Shown here one piece after another: positions 1 to 11,017 of a DNA stretch of 64,000 bases. Source of the DNA: Pseudogymnoascus verrucosus. Taxonomy: Eukaryota. The notes beneath the pieces were generated by a model. It had not been told where the DNA came from. It searched no databases and saw only the letters and a list, made by a program, of their open reading frames with translations. The translations under genes and the position numbers were made by a program. The stretch is taken from assembly GCA_001662655.1 (NCBI GenBank), contig KV460213.1. One strand, written 5' to 3'. Position 1 is the stretch's first letter. Each line of letters begins with the position of its first letter.

Positions 1-3000
1 CGGTCGCGAACGAAATCACTAAATTTAAATGGCAGAGAGAGTCTGGCTTGTGGAATGCCTCCGGCTTGATCCACTTGAGCCAATTTCTTTTGGATTGAGA
101 GAGAGTTCGGTGTCGACTCATCTGAAAACTTGGCAAATCGAATATCCTTATCTTCACCGGTAAGAACAGTCGTTTGCGAAAGAAGGCCATGCATCTCAAT
201 GGCGTTGGTGGCTTGGTTGTCGACTGCAGATGCCGCATAAACAAGGGTTCCAGTGGGACCCCAGCTTGGCTTGACTGAATTGTGAAATTGTTGGTCGATC
301 TCATCCATATCATCCTCATTCGGACTAGACTTGGACTTCTTCTTGTATGGCCACTCAAACCCAGTTCCTCGCGCTGGTATCTGTGCTACCTTCGCTGTCT
401 TTGCTGGCTTTGCCGGACTTTTTGGTTCACCAAACAGTGAATGCATGAGGTCGATGCTAGTTGCGAAGCCACGGCCATCAGATACCACACGGCTCTTAAC
501 TGGCGAAACAAGTGTCTTCTGAGGGGATCCAAAGAGAAGAGCATCCGTTTCCATGTCTCGAATCTGCTTCAGATGTTCCCGGTCCTGCTTCTGAGGGCTA
601 ATTGTCTGCTCGAGCATGTCCATCCAGTTGTCGCCGTTCAGCTCCAATTTGCGCTTGAGTGGTGACCCAGCAGCACGCGACTCACGTAGTCGTGCTCGCA
701 TAAGGCCTCCTGGAGCTTCACCTACATCCTCCTCAAAACTCTCCTGTGCGTAGTCACTCTCAGGCTCCGCGGTAGCGTCAGGTTGAGGGTAAGAGCCCGC
801 CATCTCGTTACTCACAATCCTAACCAATTCATTGTCTTGGTAACTCTCGTCGTGGTCCATAGGCTCCCCGACGTCGTCGCTTGACAATGAACCCACGGAG
901 CGCTCATCTAAAAAAGACTGGTTGTCCTGGATATCATGATCGTCCTCCATCTCATCATCATCTTCAACGACTTCAGATGCATCAAAAGCGCCTGGGAAAA
1001 CCTTGCGCTTCTTGAAGTCAAAGGTATCCTCGGGGTCTGACTCCGTAATTACGCTCTCATCGAATGTCGATTCAAAAGACTGATCGTGTTGAACGGCCCT
1101 TGGCGTTCTGGTTTGTGGGGTTGGCGTGTCTGGCGCAGCGCTGAGTGTGCTCTGGCCAAAGTCGTCTTGAGTCTCATCGCCAACCTCGGAATCGTCGTCA
1201 TCATAATCCAGACCATATGTCGTAAAGTGAGGAACTTTGAATGTCCATACACCAATAGATTTATCGTAACTCAAGAACTCAGTATCTGGAACTCTTGTGA
1301 GGCGCTTCAAATGTCTGTCCATTTGGGCCTTAATATGCTCAGGCGACATTTTGCGCTTGTCGAGCCTTGGCCAAGAATTCTCCATCTGGATGATCGAGGG
1401 AACATTCATGCCCTGACCCATCGGCGGCTTATTGGGGTACCCGGGAGGGTAAACAGTAGCGGCGCGAATTTGGAGGTCAACAATCGTGCCGAAAATCTTG
1501 TCGAGATCAACGTTTGACAGGTCAACAGGAGCATCGAAGTTCACAGTGGCGACTCCCCGTCGACCAACTTTGAAGTTACTGATCCTTTGACGCTGAGTTC
1601 GGTTCATGGCTTCGATCTCTGGTCTCGATGGCATCATCCAATACTCTCCTGGTACCTGATCAGGCTGGATTGCTAGGGGGAAGGGCTTCTCGCCGGTAGA
1701 TGGACTACCCTCCTCTGGGACGATGGCCAACTCCTTTCCTTTAACCTGCTCCATTTCTGGCTCGTTGGACGTTCCATTTGTCCTCGGGCCAGCACCATTC
1801 GTGCTTCGAGAGGAGCGTAGGAATCCCATCTCCTCGGCGGACGGAGTTGGTCCGACATTGGTATGAACCTGCTTCAGCGGGCTTGATGTGCTGGATGAGG
1901 GGCGACCGTTGTTTCCGTTGCCATTAGACGACTCGAAGCTCACACGCTTCTTGAGGATTCCGTTTTGCTGCTCCTTGGGCTCTTTGCTTGGGGGGCTGAA
2001 AAAGTCCGCACGGATGCTTCTATCGATAACCAGTCTCTTCATGCTGCCAGTGCTGTTGAATCTAGCACTCGGACTAGCAGAGAAAGCTCCTGGGGTTAGA
2101 ATGCTGTCTTGGTTGAACGACGTGTTGTAGGAGTTCCTGAGGCTGCTTGTCGACATACTCTTCGAGAGCTTGTTCTGGCCAAGGCTAGCACCAAGCAACG
2201 AGTTTCCGAATCCTCCAGGTGTGCTAGTTACGCTAGAAGCGCTGTTGGGCGTTCCATACGTGCTATATGTGAAGCCAAAACCACCACGCCTTTGGGGCGT
2301 GCTAAGACGTGATCCCGAAGAAGGGCTGAGTTTGTACAGAGGGATGATCCCAGCTTTCTTCTGCTTCGACAGACTCGAGAGAGGCGTTGCGAGCGGGCCT
2401 GGGTTGGTGAGGTCTGGCGTGGCGAGATTTGAGAACATTGAACCTGCGCCAAATGCTGCAGGATCATTGATACTGGTAGTAAGCTGTCCCTGTTGTTGTT
2501 GTTGCTGCTGCTGCTGTTGGCCCTGTTGCGGGCCGCCGAATAACGAGCTGCCTCCGAAGAGAGAACCGCCTTGCTGAGCTTGCTGTGGCTGCTGCTGTTG
2601 CTGTTGGCCAAGGTTGCCGAATAACGAGCTTCCAGTACTTGGCTGGGTGTTGCCGAAAAGACCACCTCCGCTTTGAGCCGGTTGAGCGGCGCCGAATAAT
2701 GGCTTGGCTTGCTGGGCACCCCCGAAAAGGCTGCTCCCCGTATTCTGGGCTTGTTGAGGTTGCTGTTGACCGAATCCACCGAAGAGACCACCGCCGGCTG
2801 CGGGTGCTGCAGCAGGTTGGCCAAACAGACCGCCGGTGGCGGGTGCGGCTGGCTTAGCGCCGCCGAAGAGGCCACCGGTGGTTGCAGCAGCTGGTGCTGC
2901 GCCGAATCCTGTACCGGCTTGCTGAGCTGGCTGTCCAAACAAAGAACTGCCCGTGGCAGCTGGCTGACCCCCGAAGAGGCTTGTGCCTGTGGTCGCGGGT

Positions 3001-4659
3001 TTGGGTGCACCACCAAAGAGAGAGGTAGGAGCTGCGGCTTGTTGCTGAGCGCCTCCGAAGCCACCAAATGGGTTCGACGCGGCTGGCTGGGCAGGGGCCG
3101 CACCAAATGGATTCGCTGGTGCAGGGGTCTGTGTCTGGCCAAAGGGGTTTGATGCGGGAGTCGCTCCAAACCCGGTCGTTGCTGCACCGCCAAATGGCGT
3201 CGTAGATGCGGCAGGAGCTCCAAACAATGGCTTGTTCGGTGTGCTGCCAAAGAGCGAAGGTGCAGACGTCGTTGCCGGTTGCGCCCCAAATCCTGTGTTC
3301 GTAGCTGTATTCGTAGCACCGAATCCAGTAGAGGGCGTAGAGCCAAACCCAGACTGGGTACCCCCAAAAAGCCCACCGGTGACAGGCTTCGGCTGTTGCC
3401 CGAATAGGCCTCCTCCTGTAGTAGTACTGGCACCAAATCCTGTGCTTGGCGTGGTTGTCTGACCAAATGGGTTCGTTGCAGTGTTAGTTTGCCCGAATAG
3501 GCCACCTCCAGTGTTGGTGCTTCCGGCACCAAAACCCGTAGCTGGTTGTTGAGTGCCACCGAAACCGCCAAAACCAGTGGACGTGCCAAAAGCACCCGCC
3601 TGCCCACCGGAGTTGGCGTGTCTGCGGCCTTGCGCGTAATCAGCCAGCCTCAATTCTTCTTGGGAAAACTTGACGTATGGTTGCTGGAAACATATATTTT
3701 CAAACCTTACTTGTTGATTTCCGGAGACGTTGGGCTCTTTTTCAACAGTGGGTTGAAAGGGGACAGAAGCAGTTCCCTGGCACTCTTGGCTCGCACCGCC
3801 CAGAGCGCTACCAGCAGCTCCGAAACCTCCACCGGTTCCTCCACCAAATGCACCGCCAGTGCCGGTATTGGCGCCAAAGGGGCTGGCGGCTGGTGTAGCT
3901 CCAAAGCCAGTTGTTGCGGGCTTTGGGGCACCGAAGAGACCACCACCACCGAATCCAGTATTTGTGTTGCTAGTAGTGCTGGCACCAAATCCACCAAATC
4001 CCGTGTTTGCTGCTGGAGTCGTCGTGGATGCGCCGAAGAGACTGTTCCCTGTGGTTCCTGTCGCTCCAAAGGGTTTGTTGGCGGTAGCACCAAAACCGGT
4101 GTTCTGTGTAGCGCCAAATCCTATTTGAGTTGTTAGTCGTCTGTGCGGTATAGTTCCTATAGGTTTATGCGAAGTCTGCAATTGAGAGAGCGTCGATATC
4201 AGGTCCTGCGCATCTGCCATATCGCCGGCGTGGGCCGAAAGTTATAGAGTAGCCGAAGTTTGTCGCAGCGAGGGCGCGACTCCATATCGACGGAGCAGGC
4301 AGCTCCCTCGATAGCCAAAACAAATGGTGCATTCTCGACGTACCTCCAGAACCGCCAAATCCCCCCGTGTTTCCACCAAAGGCGCTCGTCCCGGTATTGT
4401 TCTGCGCGCTTCCAAAGCCAGTTCCGGTCGAGGAAGCACCGAATCCTGTAGGTACGAGAAGGTTCGAGTGAGCCCCAGCTTCGCCAGTGTGCACCGTTGC
4501 AGGCAGTCGAGCTCCGTCGCGTCCAGGATGTAAAGAAAATGGGGGTTGCATACCTGTATTTGTATTTGTAGATTGGCCAAAGCCGCCGAAGCCCGTGTTC
4601 TGTTGCTGCTGGGCATTGTTTTGCTGGCCGAAGCCACCGAATCCACCGAAGCCTGACAT
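1..4659 (-). CDS. NUP98: Nucleoporin Nup98-Nup96 precursor (SONB/Nup189/Nup145-like), 3' end beyond window
   Basis: ATG at 4659 (MSGFGGFGGFGQQ). Introns at 4446-4553 and 4121-4343, then one frame from 4120 that runs off the window start, so it is missing from the ORF track. FG/GLFG repeats, GLEBS motif (FQQPYVKFSQEELRLADYAQGRR) and autoprotease end WTFKVPHFTTYGL (HFT at 1221-1229). Confidence 0.95.
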
Positions 4660-5831
4660 TGTCACTGCTGTCAATGGGTTGATGAGCTTTCAGACGGAGC
4701 TGGAAGGTTGCAGGAGTCGTTGAAATTGCCTCCTAGAATTGCGACACGCCGTCGCGCCTCAAAGTTTTGGTTGTCGCGCTCAAAAGAATGTAATCGCGGC
4801 AAGCATAACAGGCTGGTATTGAAGTAGCTGAAGACGACCTGTCTCAGCTGTCTCGACGATGGATGAATCAGCGAATTCGTCAAGCGTGGACAGCAATCGA
4901 GATGATATAACGCGCTTCGTCTTTTTTGTCGGTCGTGGTCAAGGTTACCTCTCGCTTATACAACACATCAAGCGCTCACCCCAGGAGGCAACAACACGTG
5001 ACCTACGCAAGCCTAGTTTCCCAAATGTCGAAATAAGCAATGTGCACGACGACAATTGGTGTTTACAACAGAGTGATTAAAATCAAATCAAGGCAATCAA
5101 TCACTTAGAACTGACTGTAAACAAGGCAGCTACTCATAAATAGAGTTAAATACTTAAATTCTATTTGCTTAAATTGTTTGGTATGAGTCTTCAGTGTAAG
5201 GCAGTTGTCTCTCATACTTTTGGGGAGGCACGAGTATTTATGCTGAACTTGAAATGAACACAGCCCCTTTTGCCCGGCTGCACGTGGTACAGTAATTCAC
5301 GGGTTTGTCAGCAAGTGCAACTGATAAGGCATGTAGCGTGTTTTTATATGTTTCATAGTAATCGAAAGGGATAACTATGCAGATGGTAGACTCAGTTGGA
5401 AGTCAGCTTGTGGTTTTCATTGGGCACGATTGCATCAGGCAGAACTGCCTCTCCAGGCTCCCACCACGAAATCCCCAAAATCCCCATGGCCACTCCAATC
5501 GGAGTCATAATGACCAGCTCCAATGCCACTTATCACGATAAATTGCAGTCATAGAAATCTAGCCCCCTATGGACCATCTCTGGTCGACGTGAATCATATT
5601 GGCGCCTGAGGCCCAAACTTAAACCCTGAGCTGAGTGGCACGGCGCGTCGGAGCCAAAGCTCCAAGCGCGTCCCCCGCCATATCCCATCCCCGTAATTCC
5701 TCAGTCGAGTACGAGTACGCGACGACCATTAAAGACATATAAAAATTCAGCCACTGCACATTCCACCACAACGTCAGACTATCCCCGTGCCGTCTGTGAC
5801 AACATACACACCCTCTCAACGCGCCGACACC

Positions 5832-6609
5832 ATGGCATCCTCCCAGCACCCCTCTTTCCCCATCCGCCCATATCCCTCCTCTATCTCTGGCCCCTCGCAA
5901 CAACCCCCCCAGTCTTCTACCCGCGGAAAGCCCCTCAGCTTCAGTCAATCACACGCCCCCGCCGCCCGCGAAGCAGCGCGCATCGAGCGCGACCGCCTCG
6001 AGCGCGAACGCCAGCAAATTGCGCAAAAATCCACACACGCACAATCGCAAGCGCCGAGCGCACTGTCGCAGTTAGCGGACGAGCAGCGCGATGAAGTGAA
6101 TGAGGCTGTAAGTATGCGCTTTTGATTTAATGGGGACATTGCTGATTATGGAATAGTTTGCGCTGTTTGACTTGGATAAGGATGGCCTCATCGACTACCA
6201 CGAGTTCAAGGTTGCGCTCAAGGCGCTTGGTTTCGACCTCCCGAAACCGGAATTACTCGACCTGCTCACCTCCCATGGAATAGCGCCGCCGTCATACCAG
6301 GTGCCGCCAGGAACGTCGGGCCAGCATGTGGTTCCGGCGTCGAGGTTGCATCTTACGCTCAATTCGTTCCAGCAAATCGCCTCTGAGCTGATATTGGCAC
6401 GGGACCCGCGCGACGAGATCCTACGGGCGTTTGATCTCTTTGATACGGAGGGGAAGGGCATGATATCTTTGGATGATTTACGGAGGGTGGCGCGGGAATT
6501 GGGCGAGGGTCTGGAAGAGGACGAATTGTCGGCGATGATTGAGGAGTTTGATCTCGAGGGGAAGGGTGGTGTGGGGAGGGATGAGTTTATTGGTATTTGC
6601 ATGAACTGA
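5832..6609 (+). CDS. CDC31: Centrin (EF-hand protein, Cdc31/caltractin)
   Basis: Intron 6108-6156 joins ...QRDEVNEA to FALFDLDKDGLIDYHEFKVALKALGF. C-terminal EF hands RAFDLFDTEGKGMISLDDLRRVARELGE and MIEEFDLEGKGGV. Confidence 0.93.
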
Positions 6610-6949
6610 TGTGGTACTGGAGTGGATAAAAGGCACGGGTCCACGGATTGTGGGCGTCGGGGGTGGTGTTTGGATGGTGTTTGTTACATGCCCGTGGTTG
6701 GGTTGTGTCAATTTTGACATGGGATATGACAGCGCGGAGTATAAAGGCGCAGGATTATATGTATGTATGCCTTGTATCAATGATTACAGAAGTTGTTCTG
6801 ATGCACTCAGATCTCCGGAATATAAGTTATATGTTTTAGCTATAATAGTAAGGCCTTATTAAGTAAGTAAATGGTCTCCGGAGCTTGTTGTATTGATGTG
6901 AATCTTAGGTGTGATAGCCACCGGCGTATATATCACCAAAAATATATGC

Positions 6950-6954
6950 AAAAA
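6950..6954 (-). terminator. RNA polymerase III terminator (T5) of the tRNA gene
   Basis: TTTTT on the minus strand, 3 nt downstream of the discriminator base. Confidence 0.7.
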
Positions 6955-6957
6955 GAT

Positions 6958-7181
6958 CTGGGTCCACCGGATTCGAACCGGTGACCCCCTGAATTATCCT
7001 AGTTTACTTTGAGAGCTGTTGTCTAAAGCCGTACAACGTTGAACAGGCGTTTTGCGAGTAGAACGTGCGTGGCCAGAGATTTTTATTCTTGACTGACCCC
7101 CAGTTGAACCACCTCTCGAATTGAACGAATCCAATTAAGTAGGAGCAGAAATCAGGAGCGCTACCACTGCGCCAGCACCCC
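6958..7181 (-). tRNA. tRNA-Arg(TCT)-like gene with a 152-nt intron (6994-7145); possibly non-canonical or a pseudogene
   Basis: 5' half GGGGTGC-TG-GCGC-AGTGGTA-GCGC-T-CCTGA-TT-TCT-G (A box). 3' half T-TCAGG-GGGTC-ACCGG-TTCGAAT-CCGGT-GGACCCA-G (B box). D, anticodon and T stems pair perfectly. The acceptor stem has G1:A72 and G6:G67 mismatches. Confidence 0.8.
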
Positions 7182-8160
7182 ATTTTTTGTTGGAGGTGTT
7201 TGGTTGAATTGCCTTTTAAGTGTATTGCGTTTGTCAGATAGCAAACAGTGAGAACCAGTAAGAACAATGAGACACTGGGAAGACTGAGAACGATGGGAAC
7301 AGCAGGACGCTTAGCAACAAACAGAGGCGGTGTTGTTCATCTGATTCTATAGGATCAGAGAGCATATTTCCAATTATTCCTGTATGAAGCTATTTATTTA
7401 TGTCTTGTTGGTGATAAAGATTAATTATTTATATAACCAAAATTCATAAGGATAGTCCGAAATAAGACATTCAGGGCTCAGAGACACTCATGATCCCCGC
7501 AAGAGCTTATATCGACTACAAATAATAAAACATACCCTAACTTTACATAGAAATCACATTCAGAGATCAATTCATAATCCTCAATCTCAATATAAATTCG
7601 TTTCCAGCAAGTGAATGAAAACAGCCATTGAATCACGTGCCTGGCGGCTCAATTGAGACTACGCTTGCCACATACCGCACTAGCGCGATTACGTCCTCCT
7701 GTCCACGATCAAGTACAGCGTCATCTTGCACCGCCCGACAGATTGACCTGAATCGCGAACCCTGTGGCCAACCAACATTTTCCTACACCGCAAAACCCCG
7801 AACCCTTTCCCTCGTTATAACCAACCCTCCCTGGAGCTCTTCTTGTGCGGATCCTAAACAGCCTCATATTATTGTTTCCATCAACTGAACCGGATAAAAC
7901 CGCTCGATTGATACTCGGTGTGGCAAAGACCCTGCACCACGTCACCTCCGTCGGCGGCGCAATTAGATCTGCCAAGGTCCCGCGCTCCAGCCACCCTCAC
8001 TCGTAACGACATCATCGCCGCCGAGTCCTATCACTACCCCTCCGAATAAGCGCCATCGCTGCTACTAGATTGGGCCTGCTAGCCTGCGGACGAGTGCGAG
8101 AATACCGAGTTCCTCCTCCTATACCATCTCACTGGTTGCACGACCACACCCGCCGCAACC

Positions 8161-10005
8161 ATGTCGAAGGTAATGCGAAGCGTGAAGAATGTCACCAAGG
8201 GCTACTCATCAGTGCAGGTGAAGGTTCGCAATGGTGAGATATACTCTTTGCGCACGGTTAAACCGGCCAGCAATGGACTGACCGATTGAAATAGCTACGA
8301 GCAACGATCCATGGGGCCCGACAGGGACGGAGATGCAGGAAATCTCCCAGATGACATACAACTCGTATGGTCCCCTCGATTCGAGCAAAATGCGGCGTCG
8401 CAAATAACAGCTGCTGATATGACGCAGATCAACCGAGTTCTACGAGATCATGTACATGATAGATAAGCGTCTCAACGACAAAGGGAAGAACTGGCGCCAC
8501 GTCCTCAAGGCCTTGAAGGTCCTGGATTACTGTCTGCACGAGGGATCCGAGATGGTTGTAACATGGGCACGCAAAAACGTCTTCATCATCAAGACCCTCC
8601 GCGAGTTCCAGCACATCGACGACGACGGCCGCGACGTCGGGCAAAATGGTATGTTCCCCGCATTTAGCCAAGATATCTAAGCTAACCATCCACAGTCCGT
8701 GTATCCGCAAAAGAGCTCACCTCCCTCATCCTCGACGAAGAGCGTCTCCGCGCCGAGCGCAGCGATCGCAAATCCTGGAAGTCCCGCGTAACCGGCATCG
8801 AAGAGTATGGGTCCTCCGAGACCTCCCCGCCCCCCCGCCACGAGCGCCCCCACCGCGCCCAGCGCGCCGACGAAGAAGACGCCGAGTACAAGCTCGCGAT
8901 CGAAGCATCAAAGCACCAAGAGGAAGAGGACCGCAAGAAGCGTCAAAGCCGGCAGGGCGAGCCTGACGACGACGACCTCGCCAAGGCCATCAAGCTGAGC
9001 AAGGAGGAAGAGGACCTACGACTCAAGGAACTCGAGGACGCCAACGCGCAGAGCCTATTCGACGATGACCCCGTGCAGATGCAGGGTAACCAACCCCAAT
9101 TCACCGGCTATAACCAAGGCTACCAGCAGCAAGGCGCCGTCGACTGGTCCGGAAACCCCATCGACATGTCCCAGGGCCAACAGCCCAACTACCTCAACGC
9201 CTACGCGACTGGCTACCCCCAAGCCGCCCCGCAGCAGACGGGCTACCAAACCGGCTACCAAAACGGCTTCCCCAGCTTCGAGCAATACGTGCAGCAGCAG
9301 ACCGCGCAGACCTCCCCCTTCCCATCGTCCCAGAACTACAACCCCTACGCCCAGCAACCCCAGCAACAGCAGCAGCAAGCTGAACCCATCGTCCCGGCAA
9401 ACACCAACAACCCCTGGGCCACAAGCGCCCAAACCGCAGTCCAAGCCCAAGCCCCCGCGCCCACAGGCTCAAACAACCCCTTCGCGACCTCCCGCCCGGC
9501 ACCAGCGCAGACATCCTCCCAACCAACCCTCTCCACTTTACAGGAGCAAAAAACCCTATCTTCTTTCAACAACCAGTCGCAATTCTCCCAACCCTCCTCC
9601 TTCACCCCACCCCCCCAGCAACAACAACAGCACCTCCAACCCCAACTCCAGCAGCCCCAAAAATCCCAATCCCCCTACGAAGCCCGCCTCGCCTCCCTCC
9701 TCGAAAGCGGCGACGGCATGGACACCTTCGGCAACACGGGCAACCTCCGCATCCCCGCGCAGCACACCGCACCCGGCACATTCGTCAATTCCGCCGGTGC
9801 GGGCCTGCCGGGTTTGAATGCACAGCAGACGGGGGTGAATCCGTTTATCCAGGGTCAGTTTACGGGGATGCCGCAGGCGCAGTATGGTGGGCAGCAGGGG
9901 TATGGGGGAGGGGGACAGCAGGGAATGCAGCATGCGCAGACGGGGGCGGGGAATCCGTTTGGGAGGCAGCAGGGGGCGGGAGGGGGGAATTTGATTGATT
10001 TTTAG
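8161..10005 (+). CDS. ENT1: Epsin (ENTH domain, UIMs, NPF motifs, clathrin box), Ent1/Ent2 orthologue
   Basis: MSKVMRSVKNVTKGYSSVQVKVRN|ATSNDPWGP...KNWRHVLKALKVLDY ENTH domain across three short introns (about 8234-8295, 8365-8428, 8649-8695). UIM-like EEDAEYKLAIEAS and DDDLAKAIKLS, several NPF motifs, C-terminal LIDF. Confidence 0.95.
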
Positions 10006-11017
10006 GGAGGTGGTGAGAGGTGGAAGAGGGATGTGAGGGAGGGAAGGGGGAAAGGGGGGAGGTGAGGGGTTTTTTTTGTGTATTTATTTTGTCTTGCGAG
10101 CGGATGAAAATTCGACGGAGGTGCGCTGTGTTTAGACTGGATGGAGATTGCTTACTTCGTATGATGTGGTGGATGGAGGATGCGGTGATGTAGGGGCGAT
10201 GGGTGGGTGCGTGGTTAGGTTAGCGGTAGATGATGGGAAGGTGAATTGAAATCGAGATGAGAAATTAAACAATGAGTGTCTGTGCTGAGGGTTGTCTATC
10301 TATATCCCCTTCTTGCCTCCTCTCCGTGTCTGGGGGGGGGGTTGCACTTGTGGTTTTTGGACAGCCTGTCCCTCCCCGCTACTCACTCATTCTCAACTCA
10401 CCACTTATTTATTCAACATCTCATCACCCCAAGAGAGACACACAGCAGTAGTAGATCTAAACCCCATCATATTAAACATCCTATAATACAGTACGTACAC
10501 CCCCATATAAACAACTATATACCACCCAAAACTATTAGTAAATACCAGATATATAATACACTTTATCATCATCACCCTCCCTCCCTCCAAATATGTCCCC
10601 CTTTCCGTAAAAGACCATCTAAACATCAAAAAGAAAAAACGCGCAACCAACAACGCAAAAACAAACAAACACAAGAGCTAATAGACAAGAAACAGATAAC
10701 AAATAATAAGCAAGAATCCAAAATGATCCTCCCCCCCACCGCGCTCTTCAGCCCCGTAGCCACCCACCGAACAAAGGAAAGATAGTAATATGTACTGTAA
10801 CGTTGGGGTATTCATCACCCCCCTTTTGAACTTCTCCCCCCCTCCCACCCGCAAAAACAGAAACACAACCAAAGTACAAGAACAAGAAAGACAAAAAAGA
10901 AATACATCAGTGTCAGTCAGTTAGTTATTCGATACACCCTCCCTTGGCCGTGACGTTGCGAGGTTGTGAGGTTGCGAGGTACTTGGCTGGTTGGTTGGTT
11001 GGTTGGCGATTAAACCC

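Noticed and set aside
2228..3607. 459-aa minus-strand ORF and other ORFs overlapping 331-4723
   Set aside because: Alternative-frame or antisense shadows of the repetitive FG region of NUP98; the real frame runs off the window.
3630..3710. Apparent GTAAGG...AG intron in NUP98
   Set aside because: The unspliced frame is open and encodes the conserved GLEBS motif.
10006..11017. ORFs between epsin and the 896-aa gene
   Set aside because: Low-complexity convergent 3' UTR sequence.
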